Source of the DNA: Escherichia phage NRG-P0074
Sequence record: PQ480333.1
Reading direction: 5' to 3' (one strand)
Length of the DNA stretch: 64,000 nt
Shown here: positions 13,110 through 25,367 of the stretch, piece by piece
Layout: every line of letters starts with the position of its first letter
How positions within the stretch are numbered: the stretch's first letter is position 1
Notes under the pieces: model-generated
What the model was told of the DNA's origin: nothing
Database searches by the model: none
Seen by the model: the letters and a program-made list of their open reading frames with translations, nothing else
Position numbers and translations under genes: made by a program

Positions 13110-13874
13110 TTAATTCATAAACCCATCGTCAAATGGTGAATTTTGTCTACCACGGTTGTTAACTACTACGTACGGTTCAACGTATTCACTTGCCTCTGAA
13201 TTGATTTGCTCAACTTCAGAATATTCATCGATATTAATGTCATGGATACCGTCAAGATTTCTAACAGGGTTAAGTTCCAAGTCACTAAATTCAGGTATAT
13301 TGATACCTTCATTTTTCTGAAGCACCGGATTGATTTCTTCGCCAGAGTAAATAAACTTGCCTGCAGTAATTTTACGAATCGCATTTTTACCTACTTGATA
13401 GAATGGGTCATATGGTTCAACCCAGTTAATCTCAAACAAACTGTTATCCATTGGGAAGTATATTAAATCACCTTCCTTGGGCTCCTGATTGTTGACCTGG
13501 TGTTTGAAAAGACCCGGGTTAATAGATAATGTAACTTCGTCTTGAACTTGCATTCCGAAGTTGCTGAAGAACGATTTCGCTCCTTCATAACCTTCAAAAG
13601 AGTTCAGATATGCAGCAAATTTCCATGCTTTAGTAAATTTATTTTTAAGGTCCTCACCAAAGATAAGGTCCACGGCAACATATTCACGTGGAACATAAAA
13701 ACATTCAATACCGCGCATCTGTATGCTTTCTGCTACTAACACATCAGCTAGGGTTTGACTATTTTCGTATTTGTTGAAGTTCACGTATTTGTTTAAAATC
13801 TCGGTTTCATTAGTTTTAGAATAGCCACCACGATTTTCTAGTTTGGCGAAAAGATTTTTATCATAAGTTGCCAT
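13110..13874 (-). CDS. 14: Neck protein gp14
   Basis: 254 aa, T4 synteny. Confidence 0.8.
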   Translation of the reverse strand: MATYDKNLFAKLENRGGYSKTNETEILNKYVNFNKYENSQTLADVLVAESIQMRGIECFYVPREYVAVDLIFGEDLKNKFTKAWKFAAYLNSFEGYEGAKSFFSNFGMQVQDEVTLSINPGLFKHQVNNQEPKEGDLIYFPMDNSLFEINWVEPYDPFYQVGKNAIRKITAGKFIYSGEEINPVLQKNEGINIPEFSDLELNPVRNLDGIHDINIDEYSEVEQINSEASEYVEPYVVVNNRGRQNSPFDDGFMN

Positions 13875-13875
13875 A

Positions 13876-14802
13876 TTAACCTACCAAAATACCTGCAGGA
13901 GGGTCCAGTAAATATAACTCTTCTCGTAAAGCTTCTTTCTCTAAACGAGCTTCTTCAATTAATCGAACACCATCAACAGTGACGCCGCCTGGTAACATCA
14001 TACCTTGATGTTTAGCAAGAATTTGTCCATTAAGCTCTTTAGCTAATGCAGTTGCATAATCTTTAACCCAGCGGTTGTTATATGCGCCTTGTTTGGTTGC
14101 AGGATCTTCACCAACTCGGCGTCCGACCAAATTATGGTCTGGATTATCATAACGTTCAGAAATAGTCCATGAATCACGAGGACCAACCTGACCGTACCCT
14201 ACTGTATTTCCTACCATCTTATGGGTCTCGATATAAGAGCGAACGTACGATTCAACGATAATGACATCTTTCTGTCTAAAGTTACCCATTACTTTTAATT
14301 GCTCGTTTGCAGAGTTAAACCAAAAATCTGGAAGAGGAGCAATCATATCTTGAAGCATACCCATATAAGATACTAATTGAGAATAATACCCAAGATCAGC
14401 GCCAAAAGCGTTCGGGCCGTAGAATTTACCACAATTACTACCCATACCACCTGAAACACCAGCCATTCCTAAAAGGAAATCAGTGAACCATGGATAAGTT
14501 GCATTACCATCCATTGAAGTAATAGAGCCAACATTTGTTCTTATAATTCTTGTTACAGCAAATACGTTAGAACCACGCATATCAAATACGCCGTGACGGT
14601 ATTTTTCTTCGTCATCAACAAAAAATACATGGAACCCTTTATTCAACCCGTCAAAATGGTATTCGCCATAAAGTTCTAACGCTCGTGAAATACAATCATA
14701 AATTTGGTCTGTAGTTAATTCAACATTTACAATAGGAGCGCCTAAACGACGTAATATTACGTCCTTTAATTCTTTAGGGTTTTGTGCATTATAACCTGAC
14801 AT
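13876..14802 (-). CDS. 13: Neck protein gp13
   Basis: 308 aa, T4 synteny. Confidence 0.8.
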   Translation of the reverse strand: MSGYNAQNPKELKDVILRRLGAPIVNVELTTDQIYDCISRALELYGEYHFDGLNKGFHVFFVDDEEKYRHGVFDMRGSNVFAVTRIIRTNVGSITSMDGNATYPWFTDFLLGMAGVSGGMGSNCGKFYGPNAFGADLGYYSQLVSYMGMLQDMIAPLPDFWFNSANEQLKVMGNFRQKDVIIVESYVRSYIETHKMVGNTVGYGQVGPRDSWTISERYDNPDHNLVGRRVGEDPATKQGAYNNRWVKDYATALAKELNGQILAKHQGMMLPGGVTVDGVRLIEEARLEKEALREELYLLDPPAGILVG

Positions 14803-14814
14803 ATAAATCCTTTA

Positions 14815-14828
14815 GGGCCCGAAGGCCC
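14815..14828. other. GC-rich stem-loop between wac and gene 13
   Basis: gggcc-cgaa-ggccc; T-run follows on plus strand only, so its role on the minus-strand late transcript is unclear. Confidence 0.35.
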
Positions 14829-14834
14829 TTTTCA

Positions 14835-16283
14835 TTAAGCTGTAGGAAGTTCAACCCATGCGCCATCTTTGCGAACATAGAATTTACCGTCTGAAGGAGC
14901 ATCTTCAATATATCCAGCGTCCTTAAGAGTTTGGATTTCAGCTTCTGCAGCGGCCAAATCAGTTTCAAGAGTAGCAATTCTAGAAGTTAAACCATTAATT
15001 GTCGTATCATGACTTTTAACTGTAGGCAATATACCGCGTTCTTCAACAGTCGAACCATTTGGGTTGGTGCCATTTATAAGAGTATTTAATGTGTTTACAG
15101 AACCCTTAATTCCTGTGGAATTAGTCCCAACATCAGTTTGAATGTTCTGAATGTCATTACTCAGCCCACTGATAGTTCCTTCGAGCTCTCGAGTACGATA
15201 AAGCAAAGAGCCGTCTGGTTCCGGTTTCCCACCTGAAGCGTCAACACCGACTACGTTATTTAACCATGACACATTAAAACGCAGTCCTGACGAAGAATCA
15301 GAGCCGACAACAGTGTTCAATGCTCCGATAGCATCAGTATTGAGTTTAATACGTCCTTGGATTGTAGTAGGCAAATCATCAGCGCCAATGGCAGTTTCTA
15401 CTGTAGTCAAACGAGGTTTAATACCACCGGATTGATTGAGCTCAAGATTAATGTCGTTTATTGCTGAACTATTCGCATTAGTTGTAGTAATAATAGAAGT
15501 CGTATTAGGATACCCAATAGACTGTTTAATGCCATCCAAGTCAGCATTTTGACGCGACAAAGTTAAATCAATACTGGAAAGACGACTAAACACTGGAGTA
15601 GTGAAAGAAGTACGAGGCCCCATTTCTTCGCGCAAGTGTTCGACTTCAATAGTTAAAGAGCCGACGTCAGAATCAGCAAATTTAGTTTCTAAATCGGTTA
15701 ATCGAACACCGTGGTCAACAATTACGGAGCTATTAGTCATAATACGGCGTTTCATACCAGTGCTATCATTTCCTGGAGTAGGAACCCCATTAATATCTTG
15801 ACCAGTATATTGTCCTAATTCATTTTTAATCCAAAGCAGGTCATTACGAACCGTTCTATAAACTGAATCCGTTTCCTGATTATAAACACCAATATCATCA
15901 GTATTCGCATCAATATGTTCATTCAAATCATTCAATTCACTGGCATGGGTTTGAACTGTGACTTTAATGACATCGATATCTTGGGTGTTCTGACCTATCT
16001 GTGAAAGAGCATCAACATCCCCAGAAACATCTAAAATACCTTGAATAACTTTGATATCTTCATTGGCCGTATTCAAAGAAGATGCTATAGTTTTAATATT
16101 AACATCTAACGCTTCTACGTTACGTTGAACTTCAACAATAGGACGGTTCATTACACCTTCAGAACCGTATTTTGTGTCAGCACCTGTTATTTCTTCATCG
16201 TTTTTAATCCATTCAATACGACTCTGACCCGCGTCTGGCGGGCCGTCAACATATGGTAAATCTACCAGAGTTATATCAGCCAT
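14835..16283 (-). CDS. wac: Fibritin (whisker antigen control, neck whiskers)
   Basis: 482 aa, repetitive coiled-coil-type sequence, position between 13 and 12. Confidence 0.8.
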   Translation of the reverse strand: MADITLVDLPYVDGPPDAGQSRIEWIKNDEEITGADTKYGSEGVMNRPIVEVQRNVEALDVNIKTIASSLNTANEDIKVIQGILDVSGDVDALSQIGQNTQDIDVIKVTVQTHASELNDLNEHIDANTDDIGVYNQETDSVYRTVRNDLLWIKNELGQYTGQDINGVPTPGNDSTGMKRRIMTNSSVIVDHGVRLTDLETKFADSDVGSLTIEVEHLREEMGPRTSFTTPVFSRLSSIDLTLSRQNADLDGIKQSIGYPNTTSIITTTNANSSAINDINLELNQSGGIKPRLTTVETAIGADDLPTTIQGRIKLNTDAIGALNTVVGSDSSSGLRFNVSWLNNVVGVDASGGKPEPDGSLLYRTRELEGTISGLSNDIQNIQTDVGTNSTGIKGSVNTLNTLINGTNPNGSTVEERGILPTVKSHDTTINGLTSRIATLETDLAAAEAEIQTLKDAGYIEDAPSDGKFYVRKDGAWVELPTA

Positions 16284-17866
16284 TATTTTACCTTAATGAT
16301 ATAGTTTAAAGAAATATTCCATGGACGTGTTTCATTTCCAATTAATTCAGGACGATTCATGGTATATTTAGAGTTACGCTGAGACGCTGGATCAATTTCA
16401 TATCCTTCGTTAGTAAAATATGAACGGTTATCCCAGTCAAGTCCTTTACGAGTACCAACAAAGTTTGAACGACGAGTATTACCAAATGCACCGGAATCGT
16501 CATGTTCGCCAAAACCGCCAGCATGCTTATGATATGACATCTGTTGTTTTTGCACTTCACCGACATATCCACCAGTACAACCTACACCTAATCTAGGCTT
16601 ACCAAACTGGTCATTACCATTAACATTTGGATTTGTTAAGTGAGAGCCGCGACCTGAGCCACGAACAAATAATCCACGCATATCAGGCAAGCCTGGGTTA
16701 GAAGAACTACCACCATATCGTGTCCCAATTCTGGAAGCATATACCGGACATTCTGAAGCAGAAACGGTCCCACCGTGACAGAAACGCCAGTCCGAACTCG
16801 GCAAACTATCTGCAGCCCACATTGTAATAGCGCCAACTGGAAGAATTCGGTCTAATTCATTTTGAGTCACAATACGATTGCCTTGAATATAACCACCGGT
16901 CATATTGACATTACCCGTTATATTAGCACCACCAGAACCAACCGTCAACGTATTATTAATGCGAAGCGTGCCATTAATAGTTTGACCGCCTCGTTGGTGG
17001 ATAACATCAGCATTCCAAGCAAGGGCAGAAGAACCATCACCACCTGATTGGCTACCCGCTTGTGTAGTTAAACGAACAACTCCACGTAAAGAAGTTGTAG
17101 CCCCACGCCCGTTTAATGTTGCGCCGGTCACTACAACTGAAGAGTTGTTACTATTTACTTCAGTCTGTGTCCCTAGTTTAACGACACCTTTATTAGTTTC
17201 TGATGCTACTGAATTCATAAAGGTATAAGGTGAAATTGCATAGCCTTCACGCAGGGTGCCTTGTTGTGCTTGAGCAACTGTAGCCAAACGAACAACACCG
17301 GTAATAGATTCGCTGGCGTCACTATTATTTGGAGCAATTTGTGAAATAAGTTTAATTGCTAATTGCTGGGTTTTTAACGGGGTCATTGCCGTTGTATCGT
17401 CAGAACCAGCTAATGCCGCAGCAGAAGTTGAAATTTTAATTACACCATTTGTTGCTTCTGTTGACACTTTTGTCTGAAATACATTGTCTATTTTTTGATT
17501 CAATTTAAGCGGAGTAATTGATGCATCGTCAATAGCTCCGGCTACTGCTTCATCTTCAGTAGCATAACGAGTTAAACCATATTGAGTTTCGGTTGCATTA
17601 GGATATTGTAGACGAGCATTCAGTGATGCCGGAGTAACAGCTTTACTATTATCTAATCCATCAATAACTTCTTGTGGAGTGGCTATTTGAATAATTCCAG
17701 GTGTAGTAGTTGTTGCTTCCGGGACGCCGTTAACACCTGAAGGAGAAATAGCAGCTAATGCGGCTTGGACATTAGTGACTGTATCTGGAAAATTCGACCC
17801 AGTAGGGTCGAATTCAACGTAAATAGATTCATTTGAAACGTGTTGGTATGTATTGTTATTACTCAT
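16283..17866 (-). CDS. 12: Short tail fibre protein gp12
   Basis: 527 aa, T4 size and order. Confidence 0.85.
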   Translation of the reverse strand: MSNNNTYQHVSNESIYVEFDPTGSNFPDTVTNVQAALAAISPSGVNGVPEATTTTPGIIQIATPQEVIDGLDNSKAVTPASLNARLQYPNATETQYGLTRYATEDEAVAGAIDDASITPLKLNQKIDNVFQTKVSTEATNGVIKISTSAAALAGSDDTTAMTPLKTQQLAIKLISQIAPNNSDASESITGVVRLATVAQAQQGTLREGYAISPYTFMNSVASETNKGVVKLGTQTEVNSNNSSVVVTGATLNGRGATTSLRGVVRLTTQAGSQSGGDGSSALAWNADVIHQRGGQTINGTLRINNTLTVGSGGANITGNVNMTGGYIQGNRIVTQNELDRILPVGAITMWAADSLPSSDWRFCHGGTVSASECPVYASRIGTRYGGSSSNPGLPDMRGLFVRGSGRGSHLTNPNVNGNDQFGKPRLGVGCTGGYVGEVQKQQMSYHKHAGGFGEHDDSGAFGNTRRSNFVGTRKGLDWDNRSYFTNEGYEIDPASQRNSKYTMNRPELIGNETRPWNISLNYIIKVK

Positions 17867-18522
17867 GAGGCTCTCACAAAGTGGTAGAAAACGGTAGGAG
17901 TATCATGGTTATCAAGAGTAACCGTTTGGGCACCTAATAAATTCCATGTTCCGTATCCGGATTTTGCTTCAGACAAAATTTCTTGCGAAATTGTTACACC
18001 AAACGAAGCATATGTTGGCAACACATGACGTTGGTTATCTAAATATGTCACCTGAAGTTTATTACCTTCGGATGGATGGTCTTTATAAGAAGAAATAGCG
18101 ATTTGATTAGCAATGGCTTCTTGTAAAGCTATACGAACTTGTGCCGTTAATTCGTTATCAGTCATACCGATTGTTGCTTTAACAGCAAGTCCAAATACGT
18201 TAATAACGACTGGCGTTCCAGTGGTCAAAGTATCGTCGAGAACATCACCAGAAAAAGTCCAATAATCAACTTGTGCTGTACCTTCAGGCGATACGCCTGA
18301 AGTGTTTGTGACAACAGTACCAATATCAGCTCGTGCCATATTATGGACATCATTTATTGCAGATTCTACGTTAGCATCATAAAAACCGCGAGCTAACTGA
18401 GAAATAGTCACGGAACCTACAGCTTGGTTGTTTAAAACATCAATTTGAGCTGGATTTTTTCTGTAATTCAAAAAATCAGCATGACGGGAAATAACTCCCG
18501 CCTTTGTATTAAGTACAGTCAT
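17863..18522 (-). CDS. 11: Baseplate wedge protein gp11
   Basis: Start trimmed to [14 protein letters not shown]..., which aligns with remembered T4 gp11 (MSLLNNKAGVISR...); start overlaps the gp10 stop (TAATG). Confidence 0.85.
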   Translation of the reverse strand: MTVLNTKAGVISRHADFLNYRKNPAQIDVLNNQAVGSVTISQLARGFYDANVESAINDVHNMARADIGTVVTNTSGVSPEGTAQVDYWTFSGDVLDDTLTTGTPVVINVFGLAVKATIGMTDNELTAQVRIALQEAIANQIAISSYKDHPSEGNKLQVTYLDNQRHVLPTYASFGVTISQEILSEAKSGYGTWNLLGAQTVTLDNHDTPTVFYHFVRAS

Positions 18523-20327
18523 TATGCAATCCTTACCCAACGGTATACAGTTATAGATGGCTGAATATTAGTTATAGAACGCGCTGGAACATGAGATCCA
18601 TTAGTCTTTGCATGGTCTTCACGATATTTAGTGTAAATAGGACCTTCTTCATCCGGGTCATATTGGCAACCGCCTATAATTACTGTACCATTATCATCAG
18701 AAATAAGAACCTTTTCATCGGTTTGTGTAGCTGGTAAATCAGCATTTTCTAATGTGATGGTTGTTACACCAACGGTACCACCTGCGGTATGAGTAGGGTT
18801 ACCATTGACGTCAAGGTCATTATTATTTAATGCAAAATTAGGATCGGATGCGTCGTCATTCCAACCTGCTAATACTTTGCCTTGTCCCCAAATTTTCCAC
18901 AAACCAAAACCTAAATAAGTTGCCGGATTATTAGGGTTAACCGCATTTTCGTAAATAGTCCCGACAGGATAAATTGTATCAAATATTGCTGAGATAGTCG
19001 AGAATTCACGTTCATACTTAGGAACAGGTTCTACATTAGGCCATCCAATTTTATCGAAATCGGTTAATGCAACGTCACCAGTAATTTCAATGTTAGACCC
19101 TTGAGAAACATATTTCTCATCAGCGACATCAAGGATTTCTTCCATTTCAAGAAGAGTTCCTAAATCGTTATTAAACCATGTGATGGTAATAATGTCTTGG
19201 TCTTCAAATTGACGGTCAAACAGAATTGCGCTAGGGATATTATCAGTATATTCAATCGCATAATCTGTATACGATTGAGTCCATGTCCCACCGAGATTAG
19301 CGCATGACTCTTCAGAATCAGCATCCACACCTTCACAACGGAAAATAGGAGTTCCAACAGTACCAGCTAATTCTTGGAGAATACCATTGAAGCGAACTTC
19401 TAACGAATTAGGGTTAGGTGGTTCCGTAGGATTAATACCAAATGCTGTAAATGGAATAGACCGGAACGTACTCAAATCAGTGACGTAAATACTTCCGTCA
19501 ATAGACTTTTTAGCAGTCAATTTACTATCTAAAATGCGAACTTGGCGACGAGTATATGAACTACGCCACTGAGAAACACCATCTAGGAATGTCTCAATTT
19601 GTACAGTGTCCCCAACATTACACGGTTGGCGTAATCTAATATTAAATCCATCGAGTGCAACCAGTTCACCAGGATTAGCGCCTGGAGAACCAAAATCACT
19701 ATTATCACTGAATACATCACCATAGTACAATTCGTTGCCACGATGTTTTACGCGAATGTTGTTAACATTATAAGAGGTCCCGTTAAAAACATCCATGAAA
19801 TCGGTCTGACCTTGGGTTTCAACCAGATATTCTCTACGAGCAACGTTACTAATGTCAGAGCTAACTATTTTGTCAATTTGTTTGTTCTTGATGTATTCCC
19901 AACGTCCAGGAGCACAATAAACTAATTCTAAATCAGAGAACTGAACGTTAATTTCCACCGGAGATGAAGAACCTTTAATCGTGTCTCCGTTTGCCGGAAT
20001 TAAAGTAACAGGGTTAATGTTCCAAGTTGCAAATACGTCACGGGCACGAATAACTTTATTATAGTCTGCAATTGTCCCTTTAGGAAGATTTACCGAAACT
20101 CGTCCAGAAGTAGTATTAATTGCATAAGATTTACCCCAAGCAGCCTTAAGATTAAGACCATCAGCCGCATCATAAGTCTTCCATGCGCCAGCGGCATAAG
20201 GAACTTCACCGTCACCTAATTCATAATAGATTTCGTCAAAGTTCTCATTTATTTTTTCACCACCTCGACGAAGGTAATCGCCTTGTCCGTCATCAACGAC
20301 GTTACCAATTTTAATATTTTGTTTCAT
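18522..20327 (-). CDS. 10: Baseplate wedge protein gp10
   Basis: 601 aa, T4 synteny. Confidence 0.85.
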   Translation of the reverse strand: MKQNIKIGNVVDDGQGDYLRRGGEKINENFDEIYYELGDGEVPYAAGAWKTYDAADGLNLKAAWGKSYAINTTSGRVSVNLPKGTIADYNKVIRARDVFATWNINPVTLIPANGDTIKGSSSPVEINVQFSDLELVYCAPGRWEYIKNKQIDKIVSSDISNVARREYLVETQGQTDFMDVFNGTSYNVNNIRVKHRGNELYYGDVFSDNSDFGSPGANPGELVALDGFNIRLRQPCNVGDTVQIETFLDGVSQWRSSYTRRQVRILDSKLTAKKSIDGSIYVTDLSTFRSIPFTAFGINPTEPPNPNSLEVRFNGILQELAGTVGTPIFRCEGVDADSEESCANLGGTWTQSYTDYAIEYTDNIPSAILFDRQFEDQDIITITWFNNDLGTLLEMEEILDVADEKYVSQGSNIEITGDVALTDFDKIGWPNVEPVPKYEREFSTISAIFDTIYPVGTIYENAVNPNNPATYLGFGLWKIWGQGKVLAGWNDDASDPNFALNNNDLDVNGNPTHTAGGTVGVTTITLENADLPATQTDEKVLISDDNGTVIIGGCQYDPDEEGPIYTKYREDHAKTNGSHVPARSITNIQPSITVYRWVRIA

Positions 20328-21199
20328 TATTGAGCGACCCCAATTTTCTGAGTTGAGATAATTTTAACTGCTGAACGTAATCCAATAATATCGGATGTAA
20401 TCGTCATAGTAGCAAAGTTGTTAATAATACTAAAGCTAATATTAGCAATCTCGTCGGTTTCATCTACATTACCAACTCGCATTACTGCAAATTCGGTAGA
20501 AAGAACTTCTGAGTTAATTGTATCTATTAGAATATTTATTTCACATGTTTTTATTTTTCTACCGTCTGCGGATTGGCATGTAACAAGCAATTTAGCCATG
20601 TTATAATCTGTGCGATAAAACAGAGGAATAGAAACTGAGTTTCCTGTAAGACTCCAAGTCCCATCGACAGGAGATTCTTTCTGCCCAAACATGCTATCGG
20701 TAGAATAATTCCATACTGAAGTTGGCCCATTAATTTCAACACAGCGAAGAACAACATGGGTATAAGGGGTTGAAATAACAAGATTATTAAGAACACCTTT
20801 AATCGAACCGTCGGTTACTTGGATACTTAAAGGATTGTTAACAGAAATAGACCCATTAGAGTTTATGAATTCTACAGAGTCACCTAATTCAGGACGGTCA
20901 ATAATAACAATCACACCACCATCAGAAGCATCAATATCATGCATAGTGCCTGGTTTAATAGGAGTTTGATAATCGACCGCCTTTCCTTTTTGATAATAAC
21001 CTGTGGCATGAATAGTTTGACCTGTAGGTCCGGTTCCATCTGCTACGGCCATTTTACGTTGATCGCCAAATGCATTGTAAATAGCGTTGATATCGTCATT
21101 TATTTTATTACCACCGTCGAATAAGATATCACCTGTTGAGGCATTACCAATTTCGCCGGTATCGATTAATTGTTTAGGAGTTTGCTTAAAAAATGCCAT
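20327..21199 (-). CDS. 9: Baseplate wedge / long tail fibre socket protein gp9
   Basis: 290 aa, T4 synteny. Confidence 0.85.
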   Translation of the reverse strand: MAFFKQTPKQLIDTGEIGNASTGDILFDGGNKINDDINAIYNAFGDQRKMAVADGTGPTGQTIHATGYYQKGKAVDYQTPIKPGTMHDIDASDGGVIVIIDRPELGDSVEFINSNGSISVNNPLSIQVTDGSIKGVLNNLVISTPYTHVVLRCVEINGPTSVWNYSTDSMFGQKESPVDGTWSLTGNSVSIPLFYRTDYNMAKLLVTCQSADGRKIKTCEINILIDTINSEVLSTEFAVMRVGNVDETDEIANISFSIINNFATMTITSDIIGLRSAVKIISTQKIGVAQ

Positions 21200-21232
21200 A
21201 ATTCTGCCTTTTGTTGTCCGATATTATATTCT

Positions 21233-21240
21233 ATTTATAG
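21233..21240 (-). promoter_or_regulatory. Late promoter TATAAATA upstream of gene 9
   Basis: Plus strand tatttata, about 35 bp before the gp9 start. Confidence 0.5.
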
Positions 21241-21250
21241 ACACAAAAAT

Positions 21251-21268
21251 GGGAGCCCGAAGGCTCCC
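21251..21268 (-). terminator. Intrinsic terminator-like hairpin after gene 8
   Basis: gggagcc-cgaa-ggctccc followed on minus strand by ATTTTTG. Confidence 0.5.
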
Positions 21269-21271
21269 TAA

Positions 21272-22276
21272 TTAAAACATAAACAAAATGTTAATTTCTT
21301 CTGTTTGGTCCATTGCCATAATAACAGGTGGTCGGTTTTCCATATAAATCATTTCACCAGAATGACGTTGCAGGTCTCTAGGGTCGTAATAATCCTTTTC
21401 TGCTTTAACATTAGGGTCATTTGGATTTTTCTTAGCTTCTAACGGGTTTGCGATAATTGATATCTGTCTAAAACCCTTGTTACCAGGCAAAGCTGCCTCA
21501 GGGAAATAAACAGAATCAAAATATGCTTTAAACCGCATCGTATTAGCTTTAACACGGTAAATCAAACCGTAGTCATCTTGTTGCCAAGTTAAGTTATTTT
21601 CATATCCCCAACGGGTGGGGTCTTCTTTAATTTCTTCGGGCCATGGAACTACAAGATATTCGTTAGTGCAACGGTTAATTGACACATCGGCAGGAATCTC
21701 ATAAAGATATTCCCAAATATATCCATCACCGGTTTCGATAACCCCATTAGCATCGCCTCTGCCTTCAGGAGGAGACATAGAACGAACAGACGGAGTCCAT
21801 TTACCACCTAATTTAAGACATTCATCTTTATTATCTAAAGATTCTATTGAACAGAGCCCTACGTCAGGGACATCTAAACAACGGTAAATTAACCAACCGG
21901 CTCCAACTTCTGTCGCGTTGTACGGAGCAGTATTACATGCGACTATATCGTTAATTCTAAACGTGTAAGGGTCTGGATATCGCACATCTCCCCAATCACG
22001 TCTAGGAATAACAGAATCTAACATTGAAGGTAAAACTTTAACGGTACCCATCATATGGGTCCACATATCAGTAACACCAAGAACAGAATCTGTAGGATAA
22101 GGTGGGGCGAAGCCCACCTCATTTTCATTTGACGCCCAAGGCTCTGAACGTCCAAACGTAATATAAATGGAGTTCTTATCATCTCCATCCCCAACTGAAT
22201 TATAAAAATTCAGCATTTTCTCTGTTCTAAATTTTGATGTAACTATTGCACGATAGATAACACTTGAATCATTCAT
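21272..22276 (-). CDS. 8: Baseplate wedge protein gp8
   Basis: 334 aa, T4 synteny. Confidence 0.85.
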   Translation of the reverse strand: MNDSSVIYRAIVTSKFRTEKMLNFYNSVGDGDDKNSIYITFGRSEPWASNENEVGFAPPYPTDSVLGVTDMWTHMMGTVKVLPSMLDSVIPRRDWGDVRYPDPYTFRINDIVACNTAPYNATEVGAGWLIYRCLDVPDVGLCSIESLDNKDECLKLGGKWTPSVRSMSPPEGRGDANGVIETGDGYIWEYLYEIPADVSINRCTNEYLVVPWPEEIKEDPTRWGYENNLTWQQDDYGLIYRVKANTMRFKAYFDSVYFPEAALPGNKGFRQISIIANPLEAKKNPNDPNVKAEKDYYDPRDLQRHSGEMIYMENRPPVIMAMDQTEEINILFMF

Positions 22277-25200
22277 CTAATTTAACCTGTGGTGGATTCA
22301 CGGGGTCTCTTGGATTTCCTACATTATCGATTAACCGTTGTTCAACCAAATCTCTAAATCTAGAGAATGTTGTTCCGGACGCATCAAATAATGGGCTCAT
22401 CAGTTTACGTCGTTCCGATGGAAGTTGACCTTGAAATATGGAGTTATTGTTTTCAGCGTTATAATCTTCAGGTAATGGATAATCTTGACCAGCCATAGGG
22501 CCTATTTCATATATCGCTTTACCTGTAATAGGGTCAAACTCAACATTTCCTTGTGGGTCTAATTTAGCCACTCGGTCTGCATATTTAGTCGGTAATCCAG
22601 AATCCCACTTATAGTTTTTGTATTTATTAATAATGGTTTCAACATGTTTAAGTGTTAATCCGGTGTTAATAAACATTGTGAGAAGGGTAATTGCGATAAA
22701 TCCAAATCCAACCGGATGAACAAAACGTAATACGTCTGATTTCCAACGAGATGATGGAAGTTTAGATTTAATCTTCATTACGTAGTATGCTCTACCACGA
22801 TTTATGTAATCGATGTTGTTCTGAGAAAGCTCTTTACCTTTAATACCACGAACAATTTCACCTTCAAAACCAGGGAGTCTTTCAGCTTTAACTTCCTGTC
22901 CTTGGATTAAACGTCCTAAGAGGTTGTGAATTGTTACAGTCCATTGTAATTTACCTTTAGAGTAACTTCTCTCGATATACGTCACATTACAACGTCCTGT
23001 CGCGGTGTATATGGTTTGTCCGACCAAATCTTCTGTCAACGAATCAGATTCAATGATGATATCATATTCGGTCCCGGAGCTAGATTCAATTTCAATTTCA
23101 ACATCTTCGTTATAAAGCACTTTAAACAAGAATTTATATGATGCTTCAGTTCCTTTAGTTGAATAGAAGTCATAACTTCTTGATTCAAAGAAACGAGACA
23201 CTAAATCGCGTTTTTCGGCGTTTAAATAAATGTTTCGTTTATAAATCTCGGACCATAAATATTCCCACGCATGTTCTTCTCGCGGATATTGATTTTTAAT
23301 AAGATTCAAAAGGTTGTTATAATGGGTCCCATAACCGTCAGAAAGATACTGAATATAAGCCTCGCAGAATGCTTCGAAGTTTGTATTATCTAAAAGATAA
23401 GACTCCGGCATCATTGTAGTGAGCAATGGTCGTAAATCTGGGTCTGCAATACCATTCTCTTCTACAGGAGTCCATGTGGTATCTTTTTCTTGGTTTTGTA
23501 ACGATGCTGTTAAGAATATATTAGTAGGCTTCCAAATTATAGAAACATTATCTCTAACACGATAACTAAAATCATAATAAGAAATAATCTCACCTGATGA
23601 TTTATAGAAAATCATGCCGGATGCATATTTTTTAAATCCGGTGAAATCTACGTTAGGCATCACTATTGTACAGTCACCGTCCTTCCAATATTCATGAACT
23701 TCACGGTCTGAAGAACTAAGTGGATGATTCTCAATAACCTTAGTGTAAAGTAAATCAGAATAAATTACAACGGCCTTGTCTGAGTTATTAATCCAACATC
23801 GAGTACCAGACTTTCTAGAATAACTAAAGAATGGCTCGGCATAGTATTCCATCGGTTGAGGAGTGAACGATTCCCATTGAGAGTCTTCAGTTGAAATAAA
23901 TGCCATCATATGATAATGTTTATCAGCCAACCATTCGCGAGGATACTCATATTTAACAGCACCGATTAAACCGTACTTGATTTGTGTTTTTGGGTCATTA
24001 ACAATATCTGATTCTAAAAATTTAAAATTACTAGATGAAATAGATAACTCAACACCATCAGTAGACATACTGGTGTACCCAGGTTCAATACGACGGCGTT
24101 CTTCTTCAGTATTACCAAACACACGTTTAAATGTGCCAGCATCATGGTCTAGAACGTAAACACCCTTATCAGCAGAATCAACAATAGGAGTAGTCCTCGG
24201 GTCATCGTTAAGATTAACAACTTCACCGATAATCAGTGCAAATATTTTACCACCGACAGAATCCATTTTATAGCAAACTGCCTTAGGGTTACCTGTGATG
24301 TTAAATGTTTCTTGTTCAAACAAACGTTCGGAATATGTCGGAGATAACGGATCTGAATCAATAGGGGCATTACTAGTTTTAATAAAACGAACTTTATCTC
24401 GAGCAGCAACATATACATAATCGTCATTGCAAACGATAGCTTCTGCAATACGTGATACGTTAGCAGGTAATGATGCGTAGTTACCAAATATTTCTACATC
24501 ATATCCTAAATTTAACTGGTCACCAATTTTAGCAAATGTTATATCTTGAGAACTAAATCTCACATCATCAGCAGACCAACGAACGTCAGTTGATTTACGG
24601 CCGTAAAATAATTTATCATACCCAAGAACATACGTGGTGTAATCTGTCTGGTAATACACTGTTCTTGATACAGGGTACCCTACACGGTCATTAAACAATT
24701 TAACCGATTTCCAGGTTTGTCCCTTATCATTAGAGACTTTAACCACAGGCTGATACCGTTCAAACAAATAAAGAATTCCTTCGGATTCCATCAAATAAAC
24801 ACGGTTTATATCATGACACACCTGTTGAATCGAACCTTGAATTTCATGATACTCATTTTCGCCAATAATGAAATTTTTAATAGATGAAATATCTGCATAA
24901 GCAGGGCTAAATTGGAACGATTCATTCATTAGAGCTGCCATTATAGTGTCGTTATTAAAATCGACATAAGCCATGTTGTTATTTGTAAATTTTTCTCTAA
25001 TAAAAGTGTTAGCCAATTGCATTTCAATCATATGTTGAAATGTATACGCGTTAGTCTGAAATGATTCAAATATTTCGGTATATACCCAATCAGATCTCTC
25101 GAAGCCTTCGGCGGCAGTTGATACACGAATAATATAAGAAGTTAATGGGTCTAAGCTACTTTCGAACCAGTTGCTATTAGGAGTATATCCTAAATTTATC

Positions 25201-25367
25201 CATCTGTAGCTGGCAGGGGGAATTATTTCCCCGTCTGCCGTTTTAGTCTCAGCGATTTCTACGAAATAGTAGAAATTAGCACCAACGTCATCCCAGCGTA
25301 TTTGAACTTGGTTAGCGGACAACTTGGATATTCTGAGACTTGTGACTGCTGGCGCTTTTACTGTCAT
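22269..25367 (-). CDS. 7: Baseplate wedge protein gp7
   Basis: 1032 aa, T4 size and order. Confidence 0.85.
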   Translation of the reverse strand: MTVKAPAVTSLRISKLSANQVQIRWDDVGANFYYFVEIAETKTADGEIIPPASYRWINLGYTPNSNWFESSLDPLTSYIIRVSTAAEGFERSDWVYTEIFESFQTNAYTFQHMIEMQLANTFIREKFTNNNMAYVDFNNDTIMAALMNESFQFSPAYADISSIKNFIIGENEYHEIQGSIQQVCHDINRVYLMESEGILYLFERYQPVVKVSNDKGQTWKSVKLFNDRVGYPVSRTVYYQTDYTTYVLGYDKLFYGRKSTDVRWSADDVRFSSQDITFAKIGDQLNLGYDVEIFGNYASLPANVSRIAEAIVCNDDYVYVAARDKVRFIKTSNAPIDSDPLSPTYSERLFEQETFNITGNPKAVCYKMDSVGGKIFALIIGEVVNLNDDPRTTPIVDSADKGVYVLDHDAGTFKRVFGNTEEERRRIEPGYTSMSTDGVELSISSSNFKFLESDIVNDPKTQIKYGLIGAVKYEYPREWLADKHYHMMAFISTEDSQWESFTPQPMEYYAEPFFSYSRKSGTRCWINNSDKAVVIYSDLLYTKVIENHPLSSSDREVHEYWKDGDCTIVMPNVDFTGFKKYASGMIFYKSSGEIISYYDFSYRVRDNVSIIWKPTNIFLTASLQNQEKDTTWTPVEENGIADPDLRPLLTTMMPESYLLDNTNFEAFCEAYIQYLSDGYGTHYNNLLNLIKNQYPREEHAWEYLWSEIYKRNIYLNAEKRDLVSRFFESRSYDFYSTKGTEASYKFLFKVLYNEDVEIEIESSSGTEYDIIIESDSLTEDLVGQTIYTATGRCNVTYIERSYSKGKLQWTVTIHNLLGRLIQGQEVKAERLPGFEGEIVRGIKGKELSQNNIDYINRGRAYYVMKIKSKLPSSRWKSDVLRFVHPVGFGFIAITLLTMFINTGLTLKHVETIINKYKNYKWDSGLPTKYADRVAKLDPQGNVEFDPITGKAIYEIGPMAGQDYPLPEDYNAENNNSIFQGQLPSERRKLMSPLFDASGTTFSRFRDLVEQRLIDNVGNPRDPVNPPQVKLDE